Source of the DNA: an uncultured Candidatus Rokubacteria bacterium | Lineage (GTDB): Bacteria > Methylomirabilota > Methylomirabilia > Rokubacteriales > CSP1-6 | DNA: 64,000 bases | Direction: 5' to 3' | NCBI GenBank assembly: GCA_963747235.1 | Contig: CAVVEU010000014.1 | Coordinates: 228,989-292,988, forward strand | Shown here: positions 28,410 to 38,828 of the stretch, one piece after another | How positions within the stretch are numbered: position 1 is the first letter of the stretch | How the letters are laid out: each line of letters begins with the position of its first letter | The notes under the pieces: generated by a model | What the model saw: only the letters and a program-made list of their open reading frames with translations | The model's database searches: none | What the model was told of the DNA's origin: nothing | Made by a program: the position numbers and the translations under genes

Positions 28410-29210
28410 ATGAGCGAGCCCGAATTCTCCCTCGAGGACGTCGCCCGCTACTGGGACGACAACGCGGCCGCGTGGGCCCGAGAAGTCCGCCAGGGGCACG
28501 ACGTCGCCCGCGAGTTCCTGAACAACCCGGCCTTCCTGGCCCTCATCGGCGATCTGCGCGGCCGCCAGGTCCTCGACGCGGGATGCGGGGACGGCTACAA
28601 CGCCCGGATCCTCGCGCGGGCCGGCGCCCACATGACCGGCGTGGACCTCTCCGCTCGCATGATCGAGCTGGCGGAAGAAGAGGAGCGCCGCGCCCCGCTG
28701 GGGATTCGCTACGCGTGCACCTCTTATACGGACCTCGGCCTGTTCGCCGGCGCCAGCTTCGACGCGGTGGTGTCCTTCATGGCCCTGATGGACGGCCCGC
28801 GCTTCGACCTGGCCATGGCCGAGTGCTTCCGCGTCCTCCGCCCGGGCGGCCGGCTCGCCTTCAGCATCACGCACCCCTGCTTCATCACCCGGGGCTCCCG
28901 GTGGATTCGCAACGAGCAGGGCGTCAAGGTCAACTGGGTGGTCGGCCACTACTTCGAGCCGGCGCCCTGGGTGGAGCGCTTCCGCTTCACGGACGCGCCG
29001 GCCGAGGCGCCCGAGTACGCGGTGCCCCGCTTCGACCGCACGCTCTCCGAGTACGTCAACACGCTCACCGGGGCCGGATTCGTGCTGAAGCGGCTCGAGG
29101 AGCCGCGCCCGTCGGAGGAGTACTGCCAGGCGCACCCCAGCCAGCGCGGGTGGCGTGACCACGCCGCGATCTTCCTGCATGTCCTGGCCGAGAAGCCGGC
29201 CCGCTCCTAG
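28410..29210 (+). CDS. Class I SAM-dependent methyltransferase
   Basis: VLDAGCGDG, GVDLSARMI, FDAVVS, RVLRPGG, HPCF. Confidence 0.92.
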   Translation: MSEPEFSLEDVARYWDDNAAAWAREVRQGHDVAREFLNNPAFLALIGDLRGRQVLDAGCGDGYNARILARAGAHMTGVDLSARMIELAEEEERRAPLGIRYACTSYTDLGLFAGASFDAVVSFMALMDGPRFDLAMAECFRVLRPGGRLAFSITHPCFITRGSRWIRNEQGVKVNWVVGHYFEPAPWVERFRFTDAPAEAPEYAVPRFDRTLSEYVNTLTGAGFVLKRLEEPRPSEEYCQAHPSQRGWRDHAAIFLHVLAEKPARS

Positions 29211-30659
29211 GCGCCGGCGAACAGGCTCTTCTTGATGATGGCGTGGACGCCCCAGTTGCCGTCCACCACCTGGGTCACGCCGAAGTCCACCGCGACGGAC
29301 ATCAGCGAGATCGCCTCGTCCTCGCTCAGGCCCTTGGTCGTCATCAGGAAGTGCCGCATCTTCCGGAACGCGTCCTTCATCGCCAGGTCGATCGAGGACT
29401 TCTCGTAGATCTTGCTCTGCGCGTCGGCGCCGAGCTCCGCGAGATAGTTGGCGTAGCTGAACCCGTGCAGGACCCACTCGTCCTGGGTCTCCAGCAGCGG
29501 GTAGTTGAGCCCCGCCAGCGCGGTCCCCGCCAGGCTGGCGCGCTTGTGCACGATGAGCTGGAAGGTGCCGGTGAGCGAGCACTCGATGGCGGTGCCGCAG
29601 AGCTCGGAGTCGCCCTGCGAGGCGTGGGAGTCGCCCGCCGAGAGCAGCGCCGCCCTTGACCGCCACCGGGTAGTACATCGTGGCGCCCTTGCCGATGCGC
29701 CAGTCGTCGATGTTGCCGCCGGTGTAGCTGGGCGGGATGGAGTCCACCATGTCGGCCTCGGCGGGCGCCAGGCCGAGCACGCCGAAGTGGGGCCGGATGG
29801 GCACCCGGATGTTCTTGAGCACCCCGTGGTTCTCCTGCACGGTCCGATGGTCGACCGGCACGCCGGGGTAGTCGATCGTCTTGTGCACGACCCCGGAGGG
29901 ATCGGTCTGCGGCGTCCAGCGGAAGTTGTAGACGCCTTTCGCCCAGTTCCGCTCGCCGCTCGCGTCGACCTCGTAGATGGTGATCACCTCGCGCGGCTTG
30001 GGATCGGTCAGCAGCTCCTTGTAGTGGAAGCCCCACCAGGCCGCCGCGTTGCTCCCGAAGCTCTTGCCCTTGTACTGCGGGTTGGCGCACGGCCGCGGCC
30101 GGACGTCGATGATCCGGACCTCGAGGATGTCTCCCGGCTCGGCCTCGCGAACCGCGACCGGGCCCGTGCAGATGTGGACGCCGAGGCCTTCGCCGGCGCC
30201 CCGCCCGAAGAGCGTCGGGTTCATCGGGCCGGCGCCGCGCCGGTCCACGCCCTTGCGCTGCTTGTCCCAGTAGAAGACGCTCTCCGCGCCCGCATCGCCC
30301 TTCACCATGCGGTCGGCGTCGTCGTTGGCGTGGTGCGTGAGCACCTCGATCGTGACGAAGTCACCGGAGCTCACCTCGACCTGGGGCTTGAGCAGCTTGC
30401 TGAAATACCCCCAGTGCACCGTCTTGTCGGTCGCGGGCACGTAGTAGTGGTTCTTGGCGCCCGGCACCATCCCGGGCTGCGCGTGGGCCGTCGTCACCGA
30501 CGAGATGCCGGCCGCCGCGAACGACGCCGCCGCGCCGCCGGCGACCATGGCGCCCTTGAGGAATTCCCGCCGCCCTTCGTTCGCCTGCTTGCCCGCGTCG
30601 TCGCGCTCGCGTTCGCCCGTGACGCCTTCACCAGCCCCGTTGTCAGTAGTCCTCGCCAT
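29207..30659 (-). CDS. Acetamidase/formamidase family protein with Tat signal; frameshift near 29650
   Basis: GRREFLK plus AHA cleavage site; TVHWGYF, HICTGPV, GGNIDD, GDSHASQGDSELCGTAIE, TQVVDG. Confidence 0.9.
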
Positions 30660-30795
30660 GTGTTTTCCCTTCTCTGGACCGGCCTGTGACTGGGAATTCC
30701 ACAGCGTCGTCGCTAGCGCCGGCCCCACGATGGGCAGGTCGGAACGGGAGAATACCAGGGTAGCCCAGACTCCTCAAGGAGCCGGCGCCGACAAA

Positions 30796-30830
30796 CCCTC
30801 TCCCCTCAGGGGAGAGGGCAGGGTGAGGGG
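30796..30830 (+). repeat. BoxC-like repeat
   Basis: CCCTCTCCCC-tca-GGGGAGAGGG-CA-GGGTGAGGGG. Confidence 0.9.
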
Positions 30831-30843
30831 GGCCGGCGGACCC

Positions 30844-31404
30844 TCAGGGCGCAGGGCGCGGGTACGGGCTCCCCTCGGACACGCGCTCGAGCTCGCGCAC
30901 CACGCTCTCCAGCACCGGCCCGGCGCCGGCAGCTCCCCCGACCACGCCGGGACCGTAGGCGTAGTGGTGCAGGAAGCCACCCTCGCTGAGCCGCGCCATC
31001 AGCTGCTCGCCACCCTCGCGGATCACCAGGAGCCCGCGCCGGCTCGCGCAGGCCTGCTTCGCGCAGCCGGTGACCGTGATGTAACCGGCGTCGCCCATGC
31101 GAACCATCCGCACCGGGCCGCCGATCTCGAAGTATTCGGGCGCCGCCGCGGCCGGCTTGCCCACACCGCCCGGGGTCGGCGGCGCCCAGTCCGCCCCGAA
31201 GAGCGCGCGCACCTTGTCACGGATCTGCGCGTTGTCCAGGATCTCGGCGGCCGAGCGGCCGTAGGCCAGTGCGCGGGCATCGGCCTGCACCACCTGCGTC
31301 TCGGGCGGGCGGGACGAGCCCGACTCCGGCGGCAGCACGCACCCGGCGGCGATCGGGGTGAGCAGCAGGCACAGCAACGCTCCCCTCAGCAGTGCTTGGC
31401 GCAT
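30844..31404 (-). CDS. Hypothetical lipoprotein
   Basis: Hydrophobic leader ending in IAAGC; AGGAGG RBS. Confidence 0.65.
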   Translation of the reverse strand: MRQALLRGALLCLLLTPIAAGCVLPPESGSSRPPETQVVQADARALAYGRSAAEILDNAQIRDKVRALFGADWAPPTPGGVGKPAAAAPEYFEIGGPVRMVRMGDAGYITVTGCAKQACASRRGLLVIREGGEQLMARLSEGGFLHHYAYGPGVVGGAAGAGPVLESVVRELERVSEGSPYPRPAP

Positions 31405-31471
31405 GGACGCCCTCCTTTGCCGCAGATTAGCGCAATCCGAAGTAGCTGAGAAACTGGGGTGGCCGGGCCGC

Positions 31472-32737
31472 CTACTTCAACACCTCATCATCCAGGGTGT
31501 ACAGGATCGCGGCGTGCCCCATCTCGTCCACGGTCCGCTCCCCCCAGTACACGTTCCGCGGCGGCTTGTTCGGGTTGCGCGGGTTGCGCTCGGAGTTGTC
31601 CCACGCCGCGGTGAGCGAGATCCACGACGCGACGGGCAGCGCCACCGGCGTGCGGAACCAGTAGAAGCCCTGCCAGTTGAAGTCCCAGTCGTCGATGTGG
31701 ATGAGCGGGGTGACGGACTTGTCCTTCATCTGGGCCCAGACCTTCATCTCCCGCCCGAGCATGTGCATGTGCGGGTGGATCGCGATCAGCCGCATCGGCT
31801 GGTGCACGAAGGAGCCCGCCTCGATCTCGTAGCGCGGATTGCCGGCCGGGATCGACAGGTTGAACCGCCCGACCCGCATGAAGTGCAGCTTCTTCTGCAC
31901 CGGCCCCTTCGCCGCCGTCAGCCGCAGCTCGGTGAGGTCCGTCTGCGCCGCGAGCTGCGCGTTGTGGTAGTGCAGCTGGAACACGACGCGCGCGCCCTTC
32001 GGCAGCAGCATGCCGACGCCCTCCGGCAGGTCCCACGGCCGCGCCCCCGGCGCCCAGCCGCCGAGATAGCCCTCGATCCGGAAGCCCGGCCCGCCGAAGC
32101 ACGGATAGCCGTACGCGCCATCGCGCCCGACTCCGCCCGCCGTCAGGTGCGCCGACGCGCCGGTGGCATCCACCATCGCCAGCATGTGGTGGACGATCTT
32201 CGGATTGCCCGGCACCACCACCGCCGTCGTGAAGTAGCGGTCCTCGGCGAACGAGGTCGGGATGCTGAAGCACCGGTACACGTCCCCGCCGCGCCCGGCC
32301 GCCGTGAAGGCCTGGTCCGGCCGCAGCACGAGATCGGCCGCGTCCAGCGCGCTCGGCCCCGCGAACTCGCGCGCCGGCGGCAGCTGGCGTCGATCACCCT
32401 CGGGAGCGCCGGCGGCGACCCAGCGCGCGATCGTGGCGACCTCGGCCTCCGACATCCGGCGCTCGCCCACGAGATCCCCGTAGCCGGCGACGGCCTTCCA
32501 CGGCGGCATCCGCCGCTTCTCGACCGACTCGAGAATCTTGTCCCGCCGCTGGTAGACGTGCGTGTACTCGCCCAGCGTGAACGGCGCCCCGCCGCCCGCC
32601 CGGTGGCACTCCTGGCAATGCTGCTGCAGCAGCGGCGCGACATGCTGGCTGAACGTCACCGGCGCGGTGTCGGCGGTGGCCGCCGCGCCGCCACCCACCA
32701 CCGCAAGCCCAAGCACGAGCAAGAGCCGCCAGAGCAT
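31472..32737 (-). CDS. Secreted cytochrome c-like + copper type II (PHM/DBH-like) monooxygenase
   Basis: Signal peptide, CQECH, MPPW, VHHM, LHYH, HPHMH, DWDFNWQ, DEM. Confidence 0.8.
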   Translation of the reverse strand: MLWRLLLVLGLAVVGGGAAATADTAPVTFSQHVAPLLQQHCQECHRAGGGAPFTLGEYTHVYQRRDKILESVEKRRMPPWKAVAGYGDLVGERRMSEAEVATIARWVAAGAPEGDRRQLPPAREFAGPSALDAADLVLRPDQAFTAAGRGGDVYRCFSIPTSFAEDRYFTTAVVVPGNPKIVHHMLAMVDATGASAHLTAGGVGRDGAYGYPCFGGPGFRIEGYLGGWAPGARPWDLPEGVGMLLPKGARVVFQLHYHNAQLAAQTDLTELRLTAAKGPVQKKLHFMRVGRFNLSIPAGNPRYEIEAGSFVHQPMRLIAIHPHMHMLGREMKVWAQMKDKSVTPLIHIDDWDFNWQGFYWFRTPVALPVASWISLTAAWDNSERNPRNPNKPPRNVYWGERTVDEMGHAAILYTLDDEVLK

Positions 32738-32813
32738 GGCGCATCCTACCCCACCCTCCCCCACTCCGCGAGACGCCCCGAAGCCCCCTCTCCCCCTGGA
32801 GGCTCCTGCGCGG

Positions 32814-34133
32814 TCACTCCTCCTGCATCAGGTGATCGCGCTGCGTGGTCCCGGCGTAGTCCTGGCGGTACCGGCCGCGCCGCTGCAGCTCCGGCACCAC
32901 GAGATCGACGAACTCCTCGATGGCCCCCGGTGAGTAGATCGGCGACAGCATGAACCCGTCGCCGCCCACCTGGTCGAAGTAGTCCTCCATCTGGTCGGCC
33001 ACCTGCGACGGGGTGCCCACCATCTGGAGCAGGCCGACGCTCTGCCCGTGGCGCTGCGCGACCTCGCGCAGCGTGAGGAGCTCCCCCGTCAAGGTCCGGT
33101 ACCGCGTCTGCATGCGCTGCAGCTGCGGCTCCGTGCGTCGGGCCATCAGCTCGTCGAGCGACAGCGCCGACAGATCGAAGTCGAGGTGGCCCGAGAGGAT
33201 CGCCAGGCCGCCCTCGAGCGGGACGAGGCGTTGTGCAGCGCCTGCTTCTCGCGCGCCTCCGTCCTCCGTCGCCCCGAGGATCGGCTGGATGCCGAACAGG
33301 ATCTTGCACGCTTCGGGCGCGCGCCCCTCGCTCACGGTGCCGCGCTTGATGTCGTCGTAGTACGCCTTGGCGCCCGCGATGTTCGGCTGGATCGCGAAGA
33401 TCGCGTCCGCGTACCGCGCCGCGAACGTCCGCCCCTTGGGCGACGTGCCCGCCTGCAGAATTGCCGGGCCGCCCTGCGGGGACCGCACCACGTTGAGCGG
33501 CCCGCGCGACCGGAAGAACCGGCCCTCGTGCTCGATGCGGTGCACCTTGGCCGGATCGGCGAACACGCCCGCCGCGCGGTCCATCACGACCGCGTCCGGC
33601 TCCCAGCTGTCCCAGAGCTTGCGGCAGACCTCGATGAACTCGTGGGCCCGGTCGTAGCGCTCGTCGGTCGGCCGGCGCTCCTCTCCGTAGTTCGCGGACT
33701 GGTTGTGGTTCAGCGACGTCACCACGTTCCAGGCCGCGCGGCCGCGCGTCAGGTGATCCAGCGTCGCCCACAGGCGCGCGGCGTAGAACGGGTGCGAGTG
33801 GCTGATCGAGAACGTCGCCCCGAGGCCGATGCGCGTGGTGACCGCGGCCATGAACGACAGCAGCGGGATCGGGTCGTGCTCGGGCGCCTGGGTCGCGTGC
33901 CGGATCGCCGGATCCATCGTCCCGCGATAGGTGTCGGAGATGTAGTTCAGGTCGGCGAAGAAGACCATGTCGAACTTGCCGCGCTCGCAGACGCGCGCGA
34001 TGTGCTGATAGAGCTCCGGCCGCGCCCAGTCGAACCCGGCCTCCGCGGTGCGGGGATGCCGCCACATGGCGAGGCTGTGATAGGTCGGGCCATGGCAGAG
34101 GAACTGCGCCAGGTGCATCTTTCGCTTGGGCAC
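32814..34133 (-). CDS. NtaA/DmoA/SnaA-family FMN-dependent monooxygenase
   Basis: GKFDMVFFAD, ATLDHLTRGRAAWNVVTS, LWDSWE, QAGTSPKG, VVPELQRRG. Confidence 0.93.
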   Translation of the reverse strand: MPKRKMHLAQFLCHGPTYHSLAMWRHPRTAEAGFDWARPELYQHIARVCERGKFDMVFFADLNYISDTYRGTMDPAIRHATQAPEHDPIPLLSFMAAVTTRIGLGATFSISHSHPFYAARLWATLDHLTRGRAAWNVVTSLNHNQSANYGEERRPTDERYDRAHEFIEVCRKLWDSWEPDAVVMDRAAGVFADPAKVHRIEHEGRFFRSRGPLNVVRSPQGGPAILQAGTSPKGRTFAARYADAIFAIQPNIAGAKAYYDDIKRGTVSEGRAPEACKILFGIQPILGATEDGGAREAGAAQRLVPLEGGLAILSGHLDFDLSALSLDELMARRTEPQLQRMQTRYRTLTGELLTLREVAQRHGQSVGLLQMVGTPSQVADQMEDYFDQVGGDGFMLSPIYSPGAIEEFVDLVVPELQRRGRYRQDYAGTTQRDHLMQEE

Positions 34134-34186
34134 GGTGCCTCTTTACTAGCACACGTTCCGGGCGCCGGCGTCTCCACTTCGTGACA

Positions 34187-34215
34187 TTGACGCGCCGGAC
34201 CGGCCCCTCTAGGCT
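34187..34215 (+). promoter_or_regulatory. Sigma70-type promoter of the recombinase
   Basis: TTGACG-N17-TAGGCT, 11 nt before ATG 34227. Confidence 0.6.
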
Positions 34216-34226
34216 CCGGCCACGCC

Positions 34227-35139
34227 ATGACGCTGGCCACCCTGCACGCGCGCTTCCTCCAGCACTGCGCGGTGGAGAAGCGACTCCGCCCGATGACGAT
34301 CAAGTCCTACCGGAGCGACTTCGGCCTCTTCCTGGCATTCCTCCGCCGCCGCCGGCGCTCTCATACCCTCTCCCCCAAGGGGAGAGGGCAGGGTGAGGGG
34401 CGGGCCAGGCCTCCGCACCTTCACCACGACGCTCATCCGCGACTACCAGGCCCACATGGCCACCCGCCGCTGGAGCGTCAACACGGTGCGCCGCCGCCTC
34501 GTCGAGCTGAACCGCTTCGCCGGCTGGCTCGTGGAGCGCCGCTATCTCCAGCGCAGCCCCATGATCGGCGTCTCGGTGCCGCGCCGCGAGCGCCGCCTGC
34601 CCCGCGTGCTCGACTGGAGCCAGGTCGAGCAGATCGTGGCCGGCGAGCGCAAGCCGCGAGACCGCGCCATCCTCGCGCTGCTCGCCTACGGCGGCCTCCG
34701 CCGCGGCGAGGTGATGGCCGCCGACGTGGGCGACTACTCGCGCGAGGCCCCCAGCCTCATGGTGCACGGCAAGGGCAACAAGGACCGCGTCGTCCCGCTG
34801 CACGCGGTGGCCCAGGCCGCGCTCGACGCCTACCTGGCCACCCGCCGCGGCCTCGCCCCCGAGCACCCCCTCTTCGTGAGCTGGCGGGGGCGCATCACCA
34901 AGCAGGTGGTGGTGCTCCTCTGCAAGCGCGTCAGCCGCCGCATCGGCCGCCGCCTGCACCCGCATCTCTTCCGCCACACCTTCGCCACCGAGCTGCTGAA
35001 CCGCCGCGCGGACCTGCGCGTGATCCAGACGCTGCTCGGGCACGAGTCGCTGGCCACCACCGAGATCTACACGCACGTGAGCCCGGAGCGAGGGCGGGAG
35101 GCGGTGGAGCTGCTGGGGGTGTTGCCGGGTGGACGTTGA
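34227..35139 (+). CDS. XerC/D-like tyrosine recombinase, interrupted by a repeat and a frameshift near 34360-34405
   Basis: N-terminal SAM-like domain (FLQHCAVEKRLRPMTIKSYRSD) and complete catalytic set GLRRGE, GKGNKDR, HLFRH, LLGH, TEIYTH. Confidence 0.9.
34366..34400 (+). repeat. BoxC-like repeat inside the recombinase coding sequence
   Basis: CCCTCTCCCC-caa-GGGGAGAGGG-CA-GGGTGAGGGG. Confidence 0.92.
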
Positions 35140-35171
35140 CGACGTTCGGCGCGCGTACCAAGTCCGCTGAG

Positions 35172-35190
35172 TGGTATCATTTCGATACCA
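35172..35190. promoter_or_regulatory. Inverted-repeat operator for TA autoregulation
   Basis: TGGTATC-atttc-GATACCA overlapping a TATCAT -10-like box; resembles RHH antitoxin operators. Confidence 0.6.
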
Positions 35191-35212
35191 ACAGAGTGAG
35201 GAGGTGGTCGCC

Positions 35213-35447
35213 ATGCCGGCTATTCACATTCGCGACCTTTCTCGAGCCACCCTCGAGAGGCTCAAGGCTCGAGCCCGGCGCAACGACCGCAGCCTTCAGG
35301 CCGAGCTCAAGAGCATCCTCGAGGGGGCGGCCGATACGGACTGGTCGGGCACTCGCGCCCTGGCGGCGAAAGCTCCGGAAAAGCCTGGCCAGGCGTGGCC
35401 ACTCGGATAGCGCCGAGCTGATCGCCGCCGATCGTCGCGCGCGATGA
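35213..35447 (+). CDS. FitA-like ribbon-helix-helix antitoxin; frameshift near 35370
   Basis: IHIRDL...RLKARARRNDRSLQAELKSIL ... DSAELIAADR; ATGA overlap with the PIN gene. Confidence 0.85.
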
Positions 35448-35866
35448 GCCAGTACGTCCTGGACGCCAACGTGCCGATCAAGTGGTTCGTCCCGGAGGAC
35501 CTCACTCCCCAGGCGGTGCGGCTCCTGGAAGGCGACCATCAGTTCATCGTCCCCGATCTCGTCTATCCGGAAACGGGCAATGCCCTGTGGCAGAAGGTCC
35601 GGCGGCGCCAGATCACGGCAAGCGAGGCTCGAGTTGCCCTGGAAGGCATCGTGACCGCGCCATTCACGACCTACCCGGCCCGTGAGCTCGTCTCCTCGGC
35701 ACTGGAGCTGGCGCTACGGCTCGAATGCACGGTCTACGACGGGTGCTACCTTGGCCTCGCCATTCTCGCCGATTGCCAGCTCGTCACGGGGGATCGTCGC
35801 CTCGAGACTCTGGCATCGGGCACCCTTCGACGGCATGTCCTGCCCCTGGCCTCCCTGCCGAGCTGA
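35444..35866 (+). CDS. vapC: VapC/PIN-domain toxin
   Basis: VLDANV, PETGNAL, TVYDGCYLGLA, LVTGDRRL. Confidence 0.9.
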   Translation: MSQYVLDANVPIKWFVPEDLTPQAVRLLEGDHQFIVPDLVYPETGNALWQKVRRRQITASEARVALEGIVTAPFTTYPARELVSSALELALRLECTVYDGCYLGLAILADCQLVTGDRRLETLASGTLRRHVLPLASLPS

Positions 35867-35930
35867 CACCGGACGTGTATCCGGTAGCGGTCATTGACCC
35901 GTCACCCCAGTCCACGCTAGCGTTCGGGAT

Positions 35931-36507
35931 GTGAATGCCTCGCCCATCCGTACACGACGCTGGACTCGAGCCGAGTACTATCGCCTTGACGAGCTCGGCA
36001 TCTTCCACCCCACCGAGCGCCTCGAGCTGGTGGGCGGTGAGATCGTGGTCAAGGACGCCAGAGTCCAGCGCATGCGACCGCGATCAGACTGGCAAGAGAA
36101 GTCTTCGAAGCCGCCTTCGGGCCGGGTTGGGACGTGCGCACCCGGAGCCCGATCACCCTCGACGAGGAGTCCGAGCCGGAGTCGGACATCGCGGTAGTGC
36201 CAGGCCGCCCCGCGACTACATCGCCGCGCACCCGTCCTGTCCGCCGCTGGTACTGGAGGTGGCCGAGGCCACCCTCTCCCTGGATCGCGACCACAAGAGC
36301 AGCCTGTATACCCGGGCGCAGATCCCAGACTACTGGCTGGTCAACGTGGTGGACCAGATACTGGAGATCCACCGAAATCCAGCCCTCGACTCTGACGCAC
36401 CTTACGGATGGCACTACGCCACGGTTTCGATCCTGCGGGGCGGCGACTTCGTGACACCCCTGGCAGCCAACTCTGCACGTATCCCCGTCGCGGACTTGCT
36501 GCCGTAA
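35931..36507 (+). CDS. Uma2-family (PD-(D/E)XK) endonuclease; two frameshifts
   Basis: RRWTRAEYYRL, RLELVGGEI, EPESDIAVV, LVLEVAE, KSSLY, IPDYWLVN. Confidence 0.85.
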
Positions 36508-36519
36508 AATAGCTCCAAC

Positions 36520-37268
<749 letters not shown>

Positions 37269-37392
37269 ACGTCTGCTTGGGCCGCCGCGCTGCTGGCGCG
37301 CCGTTCAGCGCGAGCGCAATAGACGGCACGTTGCCGGAAGCGACCTGCCCTCCCGCCCCTGGGAACCCGTCTATCTGAGGGAGGCTTCAGCA

Positions 37393-37587
37393 TCAAGCGA
37401 GACGGCGATAGAGTTCCTCGTTCTTCTTAAGCACGCGCTCGGCTGCCGCGGCAAAATCGTCGCCCGGACGATCCAGCAATTCGACAATGGCGACGCGCGC
37501 TAAATCCTCGGGGGTGAGGCCGAGACGCTCTGCTTCAACACGCAGCCGTTCGGCCTGAGCAGGGGTGAGATCAACCGAAAGCTTCAT
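37393..37587 (-). CDS. Orphan antitoxin-like DNA-binding protein (type usually upstream of Fic/Doc toxins)
   Basis: ERLRVEAERLGLTPEDLAR...AAERVLKKNEELYRRLA; no toxin ORF follows. Confidence 0.7.
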   Translation of the reverse strand: MKLSVDLTPAQAERLRVEAERLGLTPEDLARVAIVELLDRPGDDFAAAAERVLKKNEELYRRLA

Positions 37588-37737
37588 GCAGCTACTCTAC
37601 TCCGCGATGTTGTCGTCTCCAACGGCCCACTTTCGGACCGGCCTACCCCCAGGGGGAAGCCCGGCGCCGGCCCTGGGCACACTGCCCGGCTTATGGGCCT
37701 TCTCGGGCGCTTTCTCCTACGACCCTAGGGCACCCAT

Positions 37738-38793
37738 CTATTCGACGGACCCGAACGGCGGCACGACATCGACTCCTGCAACGTGGCTAGCAAGACAGTA
37801 CAGAAATTGGTTCGGTTGCGTCTTCAGGAACTCACTGACCAGCCACGCGTACCGCTGCGACACGATCCGGTCGAAGTCATATGGCTTATACCTTGTGATT
37901 GATCCCAAGTAGAACATCACCGCGTAGATCGTCGCGAGTGGTGGCAAGATCTCGGACGGCGGAATCGTCGCCAAGTAGTAGCGGTAGCCCGGCCGCGTCA
38001 GGATCGGCCATACGCCAACTTTCTGAAGGCGCTCCGCGATCCGTCGCAGCGCCCTGTCTCGTGCGTTCCTTGCGCCTGCGACACCCGTCGTTTCGAACCA
38101 ACGGGCCTCATCCTCGGGAGACCTCACCTCATTCAGAGCTGCGACGAAGCGCCGCCGTGACCGCACACCCCCCAGCGTCGTTCGCACGTCGGCATCGCCT
38201 CTCGACAAGATCGCGCGTGCGAACACCATCCCCTGATCGCTGAGGAGGACGAACTCCTTCACCGGAAGGAAGACTGGCCTCTCTCCTGTCACTCTGCAAA
38301 ACGTCCGGTGAATGCCAGGGATCTGGCGAAGGAGTGATATCACGCGAATGATCCGTCGTCGGTTGGAGATGCCCCCGAGAGTCGTCACCAGCTCCGGAAG
38401 CAACTCTGAATGATCCGGGCGACGCGCTTCAAAGACAACACGCTGGCCCTGGAGTTGCAGCCGAGTCTTGATGTTCTCCTTCGGATCTCGAATCCCATGT
38501 CTTGGTGCAACCGCGATCGGAACTCGTCGAATCAGCAAAAGCACCTTTGCGAGATTCAAGAACGAGTAGTAGTACAGGAGGGGCCGTGATCCGGTCCTTG
38601 GGTTCCTCGCAGCTTCAAAAAACTCGAAGGCCTGATCCACGAAAGCCGCAGCCTGTGTCTCGTCGGCCTTCGGTAGTCGATCCCGGGCTTCATGGGTCAG
38701 ATACGCCCACACGTCGGCGGTAACCACCCGCGGCTTGGCGCTTCGAGACGTACAAGGGGAAGCCCGTTGGCGCATCGCGTACGGGCCTCCCAT
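37738..38793 (-). CDS. YaaC-like protein
   Basis: QAFEFFEAA, RPLLYYYSFLNLAK, HG, MFYLGSITRYKP; start uncertain (38775-38793). Confidence 0.72.
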   Translation of the reverse strand: MGGPYAMRQRASPCTSRSAKPRVVTADVWAYLTHEARDRLPKADETQAAAFVDQAFEFFEAARNPRTGSRPLLYYYSFLNLAKVLLLIRRVPIAVAPRHGIRDPKENIKTRLQLQGQRVVFEARRPDHSELLPELVTTLGGISNRRRIIRVISLLRQIPGIHRTFCRVTGERPVFLPVKEFVLLSDQGMVFARAILSRGDADVRTTLGGVRSRRRFVAALNEVRSPEDEARWFETTGVAGARNARDRALRRIAERLQKVGVWPILTRPGYRYYLATIPPSEILPPLATIYAVMFYLGSITRYKPYDFDRIVSQRYAWLVSEFLKTQPNQFLYCLASHVAGVDVVPPFGSVE

Positions 38794-38828
38794 TCTTTGG
38801 GTCCGGAAAAGGCACGGGTTATATCGAC

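Noticed and set aside
32745-32802. Twelfth BoxC-like copy
   Set aside because: Only pyrimidine-rich fragments (CCCCCTCTCCCCCTGGAGG); hairpin and tail are incomplete.
2375-34400. CRISPR array made of the 35-bp palindromic repeats
   Set aside because: Copies are dispersed over kilobases in both orientations, with no regular spacers and no cas genes.
34130-35210. att direct repeat of the tRNA-Thr 3' end
   Set aside because: No copy of TGGAGCCGGGGG was seen near the recombinase, so the left boundary of the island is unconfirmed.
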